Notes: generated from the sequence alone by a model not told the origin. A stretch of 36,055 bases of DNA from an uncultured bacterium (GCA_964534375.1 CAZHPN010000046.1:1-36055); one strand, 5' to 3'; positions 18,176 through 26,873 are shown, numbered from the stretch's first letter. Made by a program: numbers and translations.

Positions 18176-18937
18176 TCATTGAAAGAGGCCGAGCAAGTCG
18201 TCCGCGCGGGCGCCGAATTCGCCGTGCGGGTCGAGCTGCTTGACGTGCTTCCACAATTCCGCCGCCTGCGATTTCTTGCCGATCTTGAAGTAGACCAGCC
18301 CGAGGTCGAGCATCGCGTCGGGGAAAAGCGGCTTCAGTTCCAGCGCCCGTTCGAGCACGCCGCGCGCGTCCTCGAAACGTTCGAGCGCGAGGTAGACCTT
18401 GCCGAGGTTGCCGTAGGCCATGAAATACAGGCGGTCATAGTCGATGCACATGCGCAACGTCTGTTCGGCCTTCAGGTAGTCGCGTTTCTTGTAATAGCAG
18501 TAGCCGAGGGCGTTCAGCGTTTGCGCGCGATTGCGATACAGATCGTTGTCGAGGGCCTTCTTGAATTCCTCGATCGCCGGGTCGAACCGGCCTTGCGTCA
18601 GAAAAAGATGACCCAGATTGTGATGCGCATCGGAGTGGTGGGGATCCAGTTCGATCGCCTTTTGAAAATGCGTAATGGCCTTGTCGAATTTTTCCTTGGA
18701 ATAATAAACGAGGCCCAGCGCGTTTTCGATTTCCGGGTCGAACGGATTGAGAGCGGTCGCCTTCAGCAATTGGTCGAGCGCGCCGGTGGCGTCGCCGCCG
18801 TTCATGTACGCCACGGCCATTTCGAAGTAGCCGGTGGCTTTCTTCTGGTCGTCATCGCTCACCTTGTTCTTCGAGCATGCGGTCGCGAACAGGCCGACGG
18901 CGAGCAGAAAAATCACGGACAGGCGGAACAAACGCAT
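18176..18937 (-). CDS. TPR-repeat lipoprotein, PilF/PilW/Tgl (type IV pilus secretin pilotin)-like
   Basis: Lipobox ATAC followed by successive TPRs (ENALGLVY, HHNLGHLF, LNALGYCY, YGNLGKVY, LDLGLVY). Confidence 0.75.
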   Translation of the reverse strand: MRLFRLSVIFLLAVGLFATACSKNKVSDDDQKKATGYFEMAVAYMNGGDATGALDQLLKATALNPFDPEIENALGLVYYSKEKFDKAITHFQKAIELDPHHSDAHHNLGHLFLTQGRFDPAIEEFKKALDNDLYRNRAQTLNALGYCYYKKRDYLKAEQTLRMCIDYDRLYFMAYGNLGKVYLALERFEDARGVLERALELKPLFPDAMLDLGLVYFKIGKKSQAAELWKHVKQLDPHGEFGARADDLLGLFQ

Positions 18938-18968
18938 CAAAATTGACCCCGGCTAATGCCGGTCGGAA

Positions 18969-18997
18969 CTGTTAGCATCGCCTACGTGGAGTGTCAA
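18969..18997 (-). promoter_or_regulatory. Probable sigma70 promoter for the TPR-PNP genes
   Basis: TTGACA, 17-nt spacer ending in TGC (extended -10), then TAACAG. Confidence 0.5.
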
Positions 18998-19003
18998 GGT
19001 AAC

Positions 19004-19089
19004 GATTGCCAATTGCCGATTGCGGATCGCGGATTTTTTCGGCGCAGACATGCAGCACAATCCGCAATCCACAATCCGAAATCGGCAAT
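19004..19089. repeat. Inverted heptamer arrays (GATTGCS-like x4.5 / CAATCCG-like x4.5)
   Basis: 19004-19035 and 19058-19089; same unit family as the array at 11433; ends 5 nt from the glyA-gcvT stop. Confidence 0.9.
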
Positions 19090-19094
19090 ATTCG

Positions 19095-22000
19095 TTATCG
19101 GCCCGGCCAACGTTTGATGATTTCCGCCGCCACCGGCAGCGGCAGGCGATCGCCGGCTTTCATTTCATCCGCCGCCTTCTTGCCGGCGGCCGACGGCACG
19201 ATCAGGATCGGCCCGAGCTTGCCCTTCTTGATCTGCACGTAGGCCTGACCGATCAACAGGCCTTCGCCGTCGGTCGCGCAACTGGTCACCCAACCGAAGC
19301 ACGCGCCGGTGGCGTCGATGATCGGGTCGCCGGCCTTCAGCGGCCGGGCGCCCTTTGTCGGGACCTTGAAGCGCACGACCTTCATCTCGCGTTTGGCGGT
19401 CTTGGCGCGATACGCCGCTTTGCCGACGAAGAACGGCTTGTGCATCTTGACGAACGTCGCGAAGCCGGCGCTCGTCGGCATGATGTCGTGCGGCCCGGCG
19501 AGTTCGTGGCCGTAGAGCGGCAGCCCGGCCTCCAGACGCAGCGAATCGCGCGCGCCCAAGCCGATTGGTTTCACGCCGAGGTCGGCGCCGGCGGCGAGGA
19601 TCGCGCGCCAAAGGTCCGGCGCTTGGTCGGGGTGGACGAAGATTTCGAAGCTAAGCGGCTCGCCCGTGTAGCCCGTGCGCGAAAGGCCGACGTCGAGGCC
19701 GGCGATCCGCGCGTACATGCAGTGGAACCGTTTGAGCGCTTGCAGCTTCGCGCGGTCGCGTTCGTCGACCAGCTTGAGCAACGTCGGGCGCGACTGCGGG
19801 CCCTGCAGCGCCACGTCGACGCGCCGCTCGTCGCCCCAGCGCGCGTCCTTCAAGTTGCGCAATATCGCCGGCTTGGCGAGACCGCGCTGCGGGGCCGCCT
19901 CGTCGAGCAGCGCGCGTCCTTCGTTCACCGCGCACAGCCACGCCCAATCCTTGGCCTCGTTGGCGGCGTTGACGACGATCAGGTACCGCTGCGCTTCGAA
20001 ACGATAGACGAGCAGGTCGTCGAGCAGATTGGCGGCGTGGTCGAAGAAGTGGTTGTACTGGGATTCGCCGACCGTCAAATCGCCGACGTAATTGCCGCAC
20101 ACGAGATCGACGAAGTTTCGCGCCTGCGGACCGCAAACGTCAAAGCAGCCCATGTGCGTCACGTCGAAAATGCCCGCCGCTTTGCGCACGGCGTTGTGCT
20201 CTTCGATCGTCGATGTATACCGCACGGGCATCTCGTGGCCGGCGAAGGGGACGATTTTCGCGCCGAGCTTCTGATGTTCCGCGAATAGCGTCGTCCGCTT
20301 GAGCGGCTCTTCCTTTTCCTCCCAAACAAAAGGCGTCTTTTTCGGCGCCGGCGCCTTTTTGCACAGCGCCGCCTGGCCGATGAAATACGGCCGCGCCAAG
20401 TCGATGCGGTCGAGCAGTTCGGCGCCCGAGCGGCCGATCAGCGCCGGGTCGGGGTTTGGCAGTTTGGCGTCTTGTTCGCGGCAGAAATCGCAGTCGGCGT
20501 TGAGTTGCTCGACAATCACCGGGCCTTCGATTTTCGCGGTGACGTCGTTCGGCTCAAACAGCGTGTAGCCATCAGCCAGACCGCGCAGCCACCGCAGCAG
20601 CGCCTTGAGATTCGCGACCGGCGCCTTCAGCAGATAGCCGTCGCGGCGCGATTCGCCCTTGACCGGCAACGTGGTGACGACCAGCGGCGAAATGACCTTG
20701 CCGGCGCCATCGAGCGCGACGGTCTCGATCATGTCGCCCTCGCCCAGCTCGCTGAGATCGGCGGCCACGACATCTTGCAGAAATGCGCGCGCTTTGGGGC
20801 CGAGGATCTTGAACAAATGCGAGCCCTCGGCGCGGTCGAGGTACGGGTAATCCGGGTAGCCCGACAGCTTGGGCGCCGTGACCGCCAGCTTGCGGCAGAA
20901 CGCGTCCACGTCTTCGCTGACCGCGTTCAGTACGGCCGGATCGATCTTGCCGCGCGGCAACGGGCGCGTCTCGCCGTCGTACGCGAACGGCTCGACGGCG
21001 ACGAGGATGCGCTGGATCAGCCGCGCCACCTCGCGTGCTTCCGCCTCGCCGGCGCCGCGCTGCGTGATCCACGGCGTGCCCAGTCGCAGGCCGGTCGCCA
21101 GCGGCGTCTCTTTGTCGCCGGGAATCGTGTTCTTGTTGAGGATGATGCCGGCCATTTCGAGAATCTGCGCCGCCGGATCGCCGTACAGCATCGCGCCGTT
21201 TTTCTTCGCGAACGGTTTGAGGTCGATCAGCAACTTGTGCGTATCGGTGCCGCCGTACGCGAGCCGCACGCCGAGTTTCTGGAATTCGTCGACCATCGCC
21301 TTGGCGTTGGCGGCGATCTGCCGCTGCACTTGTTTGAACGCGTCGGTCTGCGCCAGCTTGAACGCCACGGCAAGCGCCGCGATCGTATTCATGTGCGGGC
21401 CGCCCTGCTCGCCGGGGAAGACGGCCGCGTCGATCTTCTTCGCCCTTTCCTCGTCGTGGGTCAGGATCACCGCGCTGCGCGGGCCCATTAGCGTCTTGTG
21501 CGTGGTGAAGGTGACAACGTCGCACCAGTCGATCGGGTTCGGGTAAAGGCCGGCGATCACCAGGCCGGCCGGATGCGCGATGTCGGCCATCAGAATCGCG
21601 CCGACCTCATCGGCGATCGCGCGGAATTTCGCGAAGTCGGGCGCCCACGGATACGACGTGTAGCCGGCGATGATCATCTTCGGCTTGGTTTCCTTCGCCA
21701 GCTTCATGATCGCGTCGTAGTCGAGCAGTTCGGTTTTCGGATCGACGCTGTAGGCGACGATGTTGTAGCGCTTGCCCGTCATGTGGAATTTGCTGCCGTG
21801 CGACAGGTGGCCGCCTTCCATTAGCGACAACCCCATCACCGTGCCGCCCATCGGCACGAACGCCTCGTAGACGGCGATGTTCGCGGCGGCGCCCGAGAGC
21901 GGCTGGACGTTCGCGTAAATCTTCTCTGCCGGCGTCTTCGCTGTGGCGAAACATTCCGCGGCGCGGCGGCGGCACAGCGACTCGATCAAGTTGACGTAGG

Positions 22001-22304
22001 CGTTACCCTTGTAAAACCGGCGGTCGCCGTAACGGCGATACGCGGCCAGGCGCTGCGGCAAGTCGGCCAGATCGGCCGTGCTCATCAGCGTGTTTTCGCT
22101 GGGCGGGTAGCCCTCCGCGTAGAGGTTGGTGAACGAACTGTCGAGAACTTTGCGCACCGGCCACGCGCAAATGCTTTCCGACGGGATGAGGATGATGTGC
22201 CGCGCCTGCCGCTCGTCCTCGCGGGCGATCAGGTCGGCGATCAGCGGGTCGGCGGCCGTGAGGTCGTCGTCAAAAAGAAAGTCGCACGGATTCTTCTTCG
22301 GCAT
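19095..22304 (-). CDS. glyA-gcvT: Serine hydroxymethyltransferase - glycine cleavage T-protein (aminomethyltransferase) fusion, about 1069 aa
   Basis: SHMT: YAEGYP, NVQPLSG, GGHLSHG, ADIAH, TTHKTLMGPR, FPGEQGGP, LNKNTIP. GcvT: KRTTL, FDVTHMG, DDLLVY, NAAN, LQGP, SRTGYTGE, GLGARDSLRLEAGLPLYGHE. One uninterrupted frame with GAGGTGGAG RBS. Confidence 0.95.
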   Translation of the reverse strand: MPKKNPCDFLFDDDLTAADPLIADLIAREDERQARHIILIPSESICAWPVRKVLDSSFTNLYAEGYPPSENTLMSTADLADLPQRLAAYRRYGDRRFYKGNAYVNLIESLCRRRAAECFATAKTPAEKIYANVQPLSGAAANIAVYEAFVPMGGTVMGLSLMEGGHLSHGSKFHMTGKRYNIVAYSVDPKTELLDYDAIMKLAKETKPKMIIAGYTSYPWAPDFAKFRAIADEVGAILMADIAHPAGLVIAGLYPNPIDWCDVVTFTTHKTLMGPRSAVILTHDEERAKKIDAAVFPGEQGGPHMNTIAALAVAFKLAQTDAFKQVQRQIAANAKAMVDEFQKLGVRLAYGGTDTHKLLIDLKPFAKKNGAMLYGDPAAQILEMAGIILNKNTIPGDKETPLATGLRLGTPWITQRGAGEAEAREVARLIQRILVAVEPFAYDGETRPLPRGKIDPAVLNAVSEDVDAFCRKLAVTAPKLSGYPDYPYLDRAEGSHLFKILGPKARAFLQDVVAADLSELGEGDMIETVALDGAGKVISPLVVTTLPVKGESRRDGYLLKAPVANLKALLRWLRGLADGYTLFEPNDVTAKIEGPVIVEQLNADCDFCREQDAKLPNPDPALIGRSGAELLDRIDLARPYFIGQAALCKKAPAPKKTPFVWEEKEEPLKRTTLFAEHQKLGAKIVPFAGHEMPVRYTSTIEEHNAVRKAAGIFDVTHMGCFDVCGPQARNFVDLVCGNYVGDLTVGESQYNHFFDHAANLLDDLLVYRFEAQRYLIVVNAANEAKDWAWLCAVNEGRALLDEAAPQRGLAKPAILRNLKDARWGDERRVDVALQGPQSRPTLLKLVDERDRAKLQALKRFHCMYARIAGLDVGLSRTGYTGEPLSFEIFVHPDQAPDLWRAILAAGADLGVKPIGLGARDSLRLEAGLPLYGHELAGPHDIMPTSAGFATFVKMHKPFFVGKAAYRAKTAKREMKVVRFKVPTKGARPLKAGDPIIDATGACFGWVTSCATDGEGLLIGQAYVQIKKGKLGPILIVPSAAGKKAADEMKAGDRLPLPVAAEIIKRWPGR

Positions 22305-22403
22305 CGCTCCACCTCGCGTGGCGCCCGCAAAATCGGCGCATTTTACAAACAGCGCCGTTCTTAACACCACGACCGGGGAAAGTCAATTTTCAAGGGAACC
22401 CTA

Positions 22404-22478
22404 AACACAGAGGCCACACAGGAAAGCACGAAAGCCCGTCATTCCGAATTTCTCTGTGTCCTCTGCGCCCTCTGTGGT
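22404..22478. repeat. Nonamer array (CTCTGTGTC CTCTGCGCC CTCTGTGGT) with a degenerate inverted ACACAGAG arm
   Basis: 22452-22478 versus about 22404-22421, in the divergent spacer between glyA-gcvT and the GNAT gene. Confidence 0.75.
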
Positions 22479-22557
22479 GAAATCCTGCGGTCCGCTCCAC
22501 GCGCCGGTTTGACACGCCGCGGGCGAGGCGGTATCAACCATGGGCGGAGAAGCCGTC

Positions 22558-23121
22558 ATGAACGAACTGCTCGAAATCAAAACCGCGCGGCTGCTGTTGC
22601 GGCCATTCACTCTGGCCGACGCCGTCGATGTGCGGAAGCTGGCCGGCGACAAAGAGATCGCCGCCAACGCGCTCAGCATCCCCTACCCGTATGAAACGAA
22701 CATGGCCGAGGAATGGATCGCCAAGCACCCCGAATGGCGCGCGCGCGGCGAGCAGATCATCTTCGCGACCGTGCGCGCCGCCGACCGGCTTTTGCTCGGC
22801 GCGGTGGGCCTGACCGTGAGCCAACGCCATCAGAGCGCCGAACTGGGGTACTGGATTGGTCGCGCCTATTGGGGGCAGGGCTACGCCTCCGAAGCCGTGG
22901 CCGCGGCGATGCGGCATGCGTTCGGAGCGCTGGCGATCAATCGCGTCCACGCCGCCTGCCTGACGCGCAATCCGGCGTCGGCGCGCGTGCTGGAAAAGGC
23001 GGGGATGGCCCACGAAGGCACGCGCCGCCAGCACGTGCGGCACTGGGGCGTCTTCGAAGACATCGAAGAATACGGCATCTTGCGGAGCGATTATGAAAAA
23101 ACAAGCCGGCCGCAGGAATAG
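22558..23121 (+). CDS. GNAT family N-acetyltransferase (RimJ/RimL-like)
   Basis: TARLLLRPF, AELGYWIG, WGQGYASEA, NPASARVLEKAGM; GGAGA RBS before ATG 22558 (alternative start 22540). Confidence 0.9.
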   Translation: MNELLEIKTARLLLRPFTLADAVDVRKLAGDKEIAANALSIPYPYETNMAEEWIAKHPEWRARGEQIIFATVRAADRLLLGAVGLTVSQRHQSAELGYWIGRAYWGQGYASEAVAAAMRHAFGALAINRVHAACLTRNPASARVLEKAGMAHEGTRRQHVRHWGVFEDIEEYGILRSDYEKTSRPQE

Positions 23122-24687
23122 ATGCGCGGGGCGGCGCCGTCGCCCGCGTCCGGACCGCGGCACGCCTCGCCGGCGGCCGAAGTCGCCCGGTGGGAAAAGC
23201 TATTCGTCCTGGCCGCCTGCCTGGTAGCGGGCCTGCGCGTCTTCGTTTTCAACGCCGCCTGGCCGTTTTTCAACAACAACGACGAACGCGCGCATTTCGA
23301 CCTGATTTACAAATATTCTACCGGCTGGCGGCCGCAATTCGATTCGCGGACGGGCTTCAACGACAACTACAGTCCGCAATCGGCGTTCGACATTTTCTAT
23401 TTCGGGTCGCTCGAATTTTATTTCCCGCCGGCCGCGTACGCCGGCGGCCGCACGCCGCCGCCGGTGTGGCAGTGGCCGCGCGACCAGGCCGCGGCGTACG
23501 TGCGCCAGGAGGTCCACGCCCTGACGGCTCAAGCCAATCACGAAGCGCTGGCGCCGCCGCTTTATTATCTCGTCGCCGGGGCATGGCGCGATCTCGGAGT
23601 CGCGCTCGGTCGGCGCGGCCTGGCGCTTTTGTATTGGATCAAATGGCTGAACGTGTTCGTGTATATGGCGTTGGTCGCACTGGCTTGGCGGTTTTGCCGC
23701 ATGGCGTTTCCCGACGGCAACTATCTACGGCTGGCCGTGCCGCTGGCGCTGGTCACCCTGCCGCAGAGCCTGTACTACTCAATCACCAACGACGTGCCGT
23801 CGCCGCTGGTTTTTCTTGCGGCGCTGACGATGCTCGGCGAGTTGTCGTTCGCTGAGAAATCCTGGCGTTACCACGCCGGCGCGGGGCTGCTCGCGGCGGC
23901 GGCGTTTCTGGTCAAGGAATCGAATATCGCAATTCTGGCGGCGGCGGCGGTCGTCGGCGCGCGCGGGGCGTGGCGGGCGACGTGCGCGAAAACCTGGCGG
24001 CGCGACGGGCCGCGGCTGGCGGCGCTGGGCCTGGGCGCGGCCCTGCCGGTCGCGGCGTGGCTGGCCTATAACCGCGTGGTGTTTGGCGTGTGGCTGATCG
24101 CCGAGGAGAAGGCGCGGATGCTGACATGGCTGCCGCGGCCGGCGAGCCAATGGCTGCACCATCCGATTTTCACGCTCGTAGGGTTGTGGTCGTTCTTCGG
24201 ATTCCTACTCGAAACATTCTGGCGCGGTGAAATGAAATGGCATCGCGCGTTCGTTTCCTTCGCGCCGGCCGATTGGTTCTTTATCATTTCGTCGATCGTC
24301 TTCGCCGCGGCCGCGCTGGTCGGGCTGATCGGCGCGCGGCGGACGGAAAACCCGCGCGCCGTCTACACGATGAAGCTTCTTTGGTTGGCGATCGCGGTGT
24401 CCGTGGCGGCGCTCGTGTTCAAGTCGATCTCGGTCGATTTCAATCAATCGTGGTATCCGTCGCGCGCCTTTCCGTATCTCGCTTCGGGTCGGTTGGTTGC
24501 CGGCCTGCTCGTGCCGTTCCTGACGATTTACGTTTATGGCTTGGAAAAACTACTGTCGCCGTTCCGCCGTTATATCCACCCTCTCTGGGTCGTCGCGCTC
24601 ATCGCCGCGGGGATGTTCGCCTCCGAGGTCATCGCGAACCGCGAAGTCTTCGCCAGCCAGTACAATTGGTGGCACATGCCGCGCTGA
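23122..24687 (+). CDS. Multi-pass membrane protein, GT-C / DUF2142-like glycosyltransferase
   Basis: DERAH after the first TM helix, PPLYY, TND, LVKES, GRL, and roughly ten hydrophobic segments. Confidence 0.65.
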   Translation: MRGAAPSPASGPRHASPAAEVARWEKLFVLAACLVAGLRVFVFNAAWPFFNNNDERAHFDLIYKYSTGWRPQFDSRTGFNDNYSPQSAFDIFYFGSLEFYFPPAAYAGGRTPPPVWQWPRDQAAAYVRQEVHALTAQANHEALAPPLYYLVAGAWRDLGVALGRRGLALLYWIKWLNVFVYMALVALAWRFCRMAFPDGNYLRLAVPLALVTLPQSLYYSITNDVPSPLVFLAALTMLGELSFAEKSWRYHAGAGLLAAAAFLVKESNIAILAAAAVVGARGAWRATCAKTWRRDGPRLAALGLGAALPVAAWLAYNRVVFGVWLIAEEKARMLTWLPRPASQWLHHPIFTLVGLWSFFGFLLETFWRGEMKWHRAFVSFAPADWFFIISSIVFAAAALVGLIGARRTENPRAVYTMKLLWLAIAVSVAALVFKSISVDFNQSWYPSRAFPYLASGRLVAGLLVPFLTIYVYGLEKLLSPFRRYIHPLWVVALIAAGMFASEVIANREVFASQYNWWHMPR

Positions 24688-24709
24688 CGCGCGGCTGATC
24701 TTTAAGATC

Positions 24710-24879
24710 TTTGACAGGATCAACGGGATCAAGGGGATCAGCGCGGCTATCTGTTCGAAGCGTTCGCGCCGCGACAAAATATGACGAGCGTATTGGTCGG
24801 GTCACATTGTTCACTGTTCATTGTTCACTGTTCACTGTTCGCTGCTCGCTGATCCCGTTGATCCTGTTGATCCGTCAAA
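24710..24879. repeat. About 33-bp inverted nonamer arms (GGATCAACG-like) enclosing a heptamer array (CAYTGTT x5 plus 2 degenerate units)
   Basis: Left arm 24710-24743, right arm 24847-24879, inner array 24805-24853; lies between convergent genes. Confidence 0.92.
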
Positions 24880-24907
24880 AAAACGTCCATTGCCCGCGGA
24901 TATTCGC

Positions 24908-26161
24908 TCAATGCTTGAAGCTGCGCTGCCCGGTGAAGGCCATCGCGGCGCCGTACTCGTTGCAGGCTTCGATCGCTTGATAGTCGTTGATCGAGCCGCC
25001 GGGTTGAATGACCGCCGCGACGCCTTCGCGCAGACCCACCTCGATGCCGTCGCGGAAAGGGAAAAAAGCATCTGAGACCATCACGCTGCCGGGCAGGCCG
25101 CCCTTCTTTTCTTTGACCTCTTCCTCGATCGCCCGTTGGTGGTCTTCATCGGCCAGCGCGCTGAAGATGACGCCGTGGCGTTCGAAGGCGAAGCGGTCGC
25201 ACAATTTGCGATAGGCCTTGTCGCGAGCGATTTCGGCGACGCCGACGCGGTCCTGTTCGCCCGTGCCGATGCCGACGGTCACGCCGTCTTTGACGTAAAT
25301 CACCGAGTTGGACGTTACGCCCGCCTCGACGACCCAGCCGAACAACATGTCGGCGAATTCCCAATCGGTCGGCGCGCGTTCGACGCGGTAGGTTTTGCCC
25401 TTGTAGACGGTTTCGGCGAGCAGCAGGTCTTCCGGCCGGCGGGCGGCCGGCGAGAACGACACCTGCGCAATGACGCCGCCGTCGATCAGCGATTTGAAGT
25501 CGAGGAAGCGTTCGGGCGCGAATGTCTCCAGCCGCGTCATGTTGCCGATTTTCATGATCCGCAGGTTTTTGCGGCGGGCGAGCGTTTCGACCGCGCCATC
25601 CTCGAATTCCGGCGCGATGACCACCTCGGCGTAGCGCTCGGCGATGGCCTCGGCGGTCGCGACGTCGACGGGCCGGTTGAGCGCGATGCAGCCGCCGAAC
25701 GCGGCGACGTGATCCGCGAGATCGGCCTTGAGATACGCTTCGACGAGTCGGTCGGCGATAGCGACGCCCGACGGGTTGTTGTGCTTCATGATCGCGACGG
25801 CCGGCCGGTCGGCGAGATAACGCAAGATGTTGAGCGCGTTGTCGGCGTCGGTCAGGTTGATCTTGCCGGGATGCTTGCCGAATTGCAGCAACTCGGCGTC
25901 GGACACGAGGTAGCGGCCCGGCGCGATGGTCGTCACTTCGCCGAGCGTCAGGTTGCCGTTGGTCAGGCGATAGAGCGCGGCTTCCTGGCCGGGGTTTTCG
26001 CCGTAGCGCAGGCCGAGCCGCTCGCCGTCGATTTCCCAGGCGACCTTCTCGTATTGCAGCGACGTGCGCTCGCCGTCGTCGTCGATGAACGCGATTTCCA
26101 TGCGCGGCGGAAAGTGGTCGTTCACGATCGTGTGATACATCTTTTTGAGGTCGTCGGGCAT
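24908..26161 (-). CDS. purH: Stand-alone AICAR transformylase domain (PurH C-terminal part)
   Basis: LRYGENPGQ, MKHNNPSGVA, AFGG, EVVIAP, SNSV, SDAFFPFRD, QPGGS, TGQRSFKH. Confidence 0.88.
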   Translation of the reverse strand: MPDDLKKMYHTIVNDHFPPRMEIAFIDDDGERTSLQYEKVAWEIDGERLGLRYGENPGQEAALYRLTNGNLTLGEVTTIAPGRYLVSDAELLQFGKHPGKINLTDADNALNILRYLADRPAVAIMKHNNPSGVAIADRLVEAYLKADLADHVAAFGGCIALNRPVDVATAEAIAERYAEVVIAPEFEDGAVETLARRKNLRIMKIGNMTRLETFAPERFLDFKSLIDGGVIAQVSFSPAARRPEDLLLAETVYKGKTYRVERAPTDWEFADMLFGWVVEAGVTSNSVIYVKDGVTVGIGTGEQDRVGVAEIARDKAYRKLCDRFAFERHGVIFSALADEDHQRAIEEEVKEKKGGLPGSVMVSDAFFPFRDGIEVGLREGVAAVIQPGGSINDYQAIEACNEYGAAMAFTGQRSFKH

Positions 26162-26170
26162 CGGCGGCTC

Positions 26171-26857
26171 CTACCGGTTGCGCAACTTGTAGACGTTCGG
26201 GACGGCTTCCGCGTACTGCTTCGCCAGGTAGGCGGAAATGGCGGCGTCGTAGCTCGCCGTAAGGGCGAACGCCTTGCGCGCGTACGCGAAGCGCTCGGCG
26301 AGGGTGAGGGCGCCGCCCCCGGCGCGCAGTTGGTCGAGCAGATGGGGATAATCGTCGGGATCGACGACGGACGCCACGCGGAGGAAGTTTTTCGCCGAGG
26401 CGCGGACCATCGTCGGCCCGCCGATATCAATATTCGCGCGGGCGTGCTCGACCGTCGCGTCCGGCTGCGCGACCGTCGCCGCGAACGGGTACAGATTGAC
26501 GACGATCAGGTCGAACGGCAAGGCGCCGGTGCGCTGCAAGTCCGCCTGGTGGCTGTCGTTGTACGTCTCGGTGAGCAGGCTCAGATAGACCTTGAAGTCG
26601 AGCGTCTTCACCAGGCCGCCTTGCGTTTCCGGCTGGCCGGTGTAAGCGGAAATCTGGCTCAGATGCGTTTTCGCCCGCTGGCCGAGGATCCCCACGAGTT
26701 GCGCGTGCGTGCCGCCGGTCGAATAAAAATGGATATCCGGAATAATATCGAGCAGGCCCGGAATCAACGTTTCCATGCCGCGCTTGTCCGACACGCTCAC
26801 CAACGCACGCTTGATCGCCACGCGGTCGTCCGCCTCGCGCACAATGTTCACCGCCAT
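26171..26857 (-). CDS. purH: Stand-alone IMP cyclohydrolase (MGS-like) domain (PurH N-terminal part)
   Basis: ALVSVSDK, STGGT, GGLVKTL, VVNLYPF, NIDIGGPTMVRASAKNF, KAFALTASYD. Confidence 0.88.
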   Translation of the reverse strand: MAVNIVREADDRVAIKRALVSVSDKRGMETLIPGLLDIIPDIHFYSTGGTHAQLVGILGQRAKTHLSQISAYTGQPETQGGLVKTLDFKVYLSLLTETYNDSHQADLQRTGALPFDLIVVNLYPFAATVAQPDATVEHARANIDIGGPTMVRASAKNFLRVASVVDPDDYPHLLDQLRAGGGALTLAERFAYARKAFALTASYDAAISAYLAKQYAEAVPNVYKLRNR

Positions 26858-26873
26858 CGCCGCCCCCTTTTTC

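Noticed and set aside
8792..24879. Intergenic arrays as CRISPR arrays
   Set aside because: Units are 7-9 nt and contiguous, with no 23-47-nt repeats separated by unique spacers, and there are no cas genes.
7392..26173. Amber recoding: several TAG stops are in frame with the next gene (fadJ-M23, ribH-nusB, GNAT-GT-C, purH halves)
   Set aside because: About 4 of 7 cases is compatible with chance, the upstream proteins end at normal family lengths, no TAG interrupts a conserved domain, and most of the fusions make no sense.
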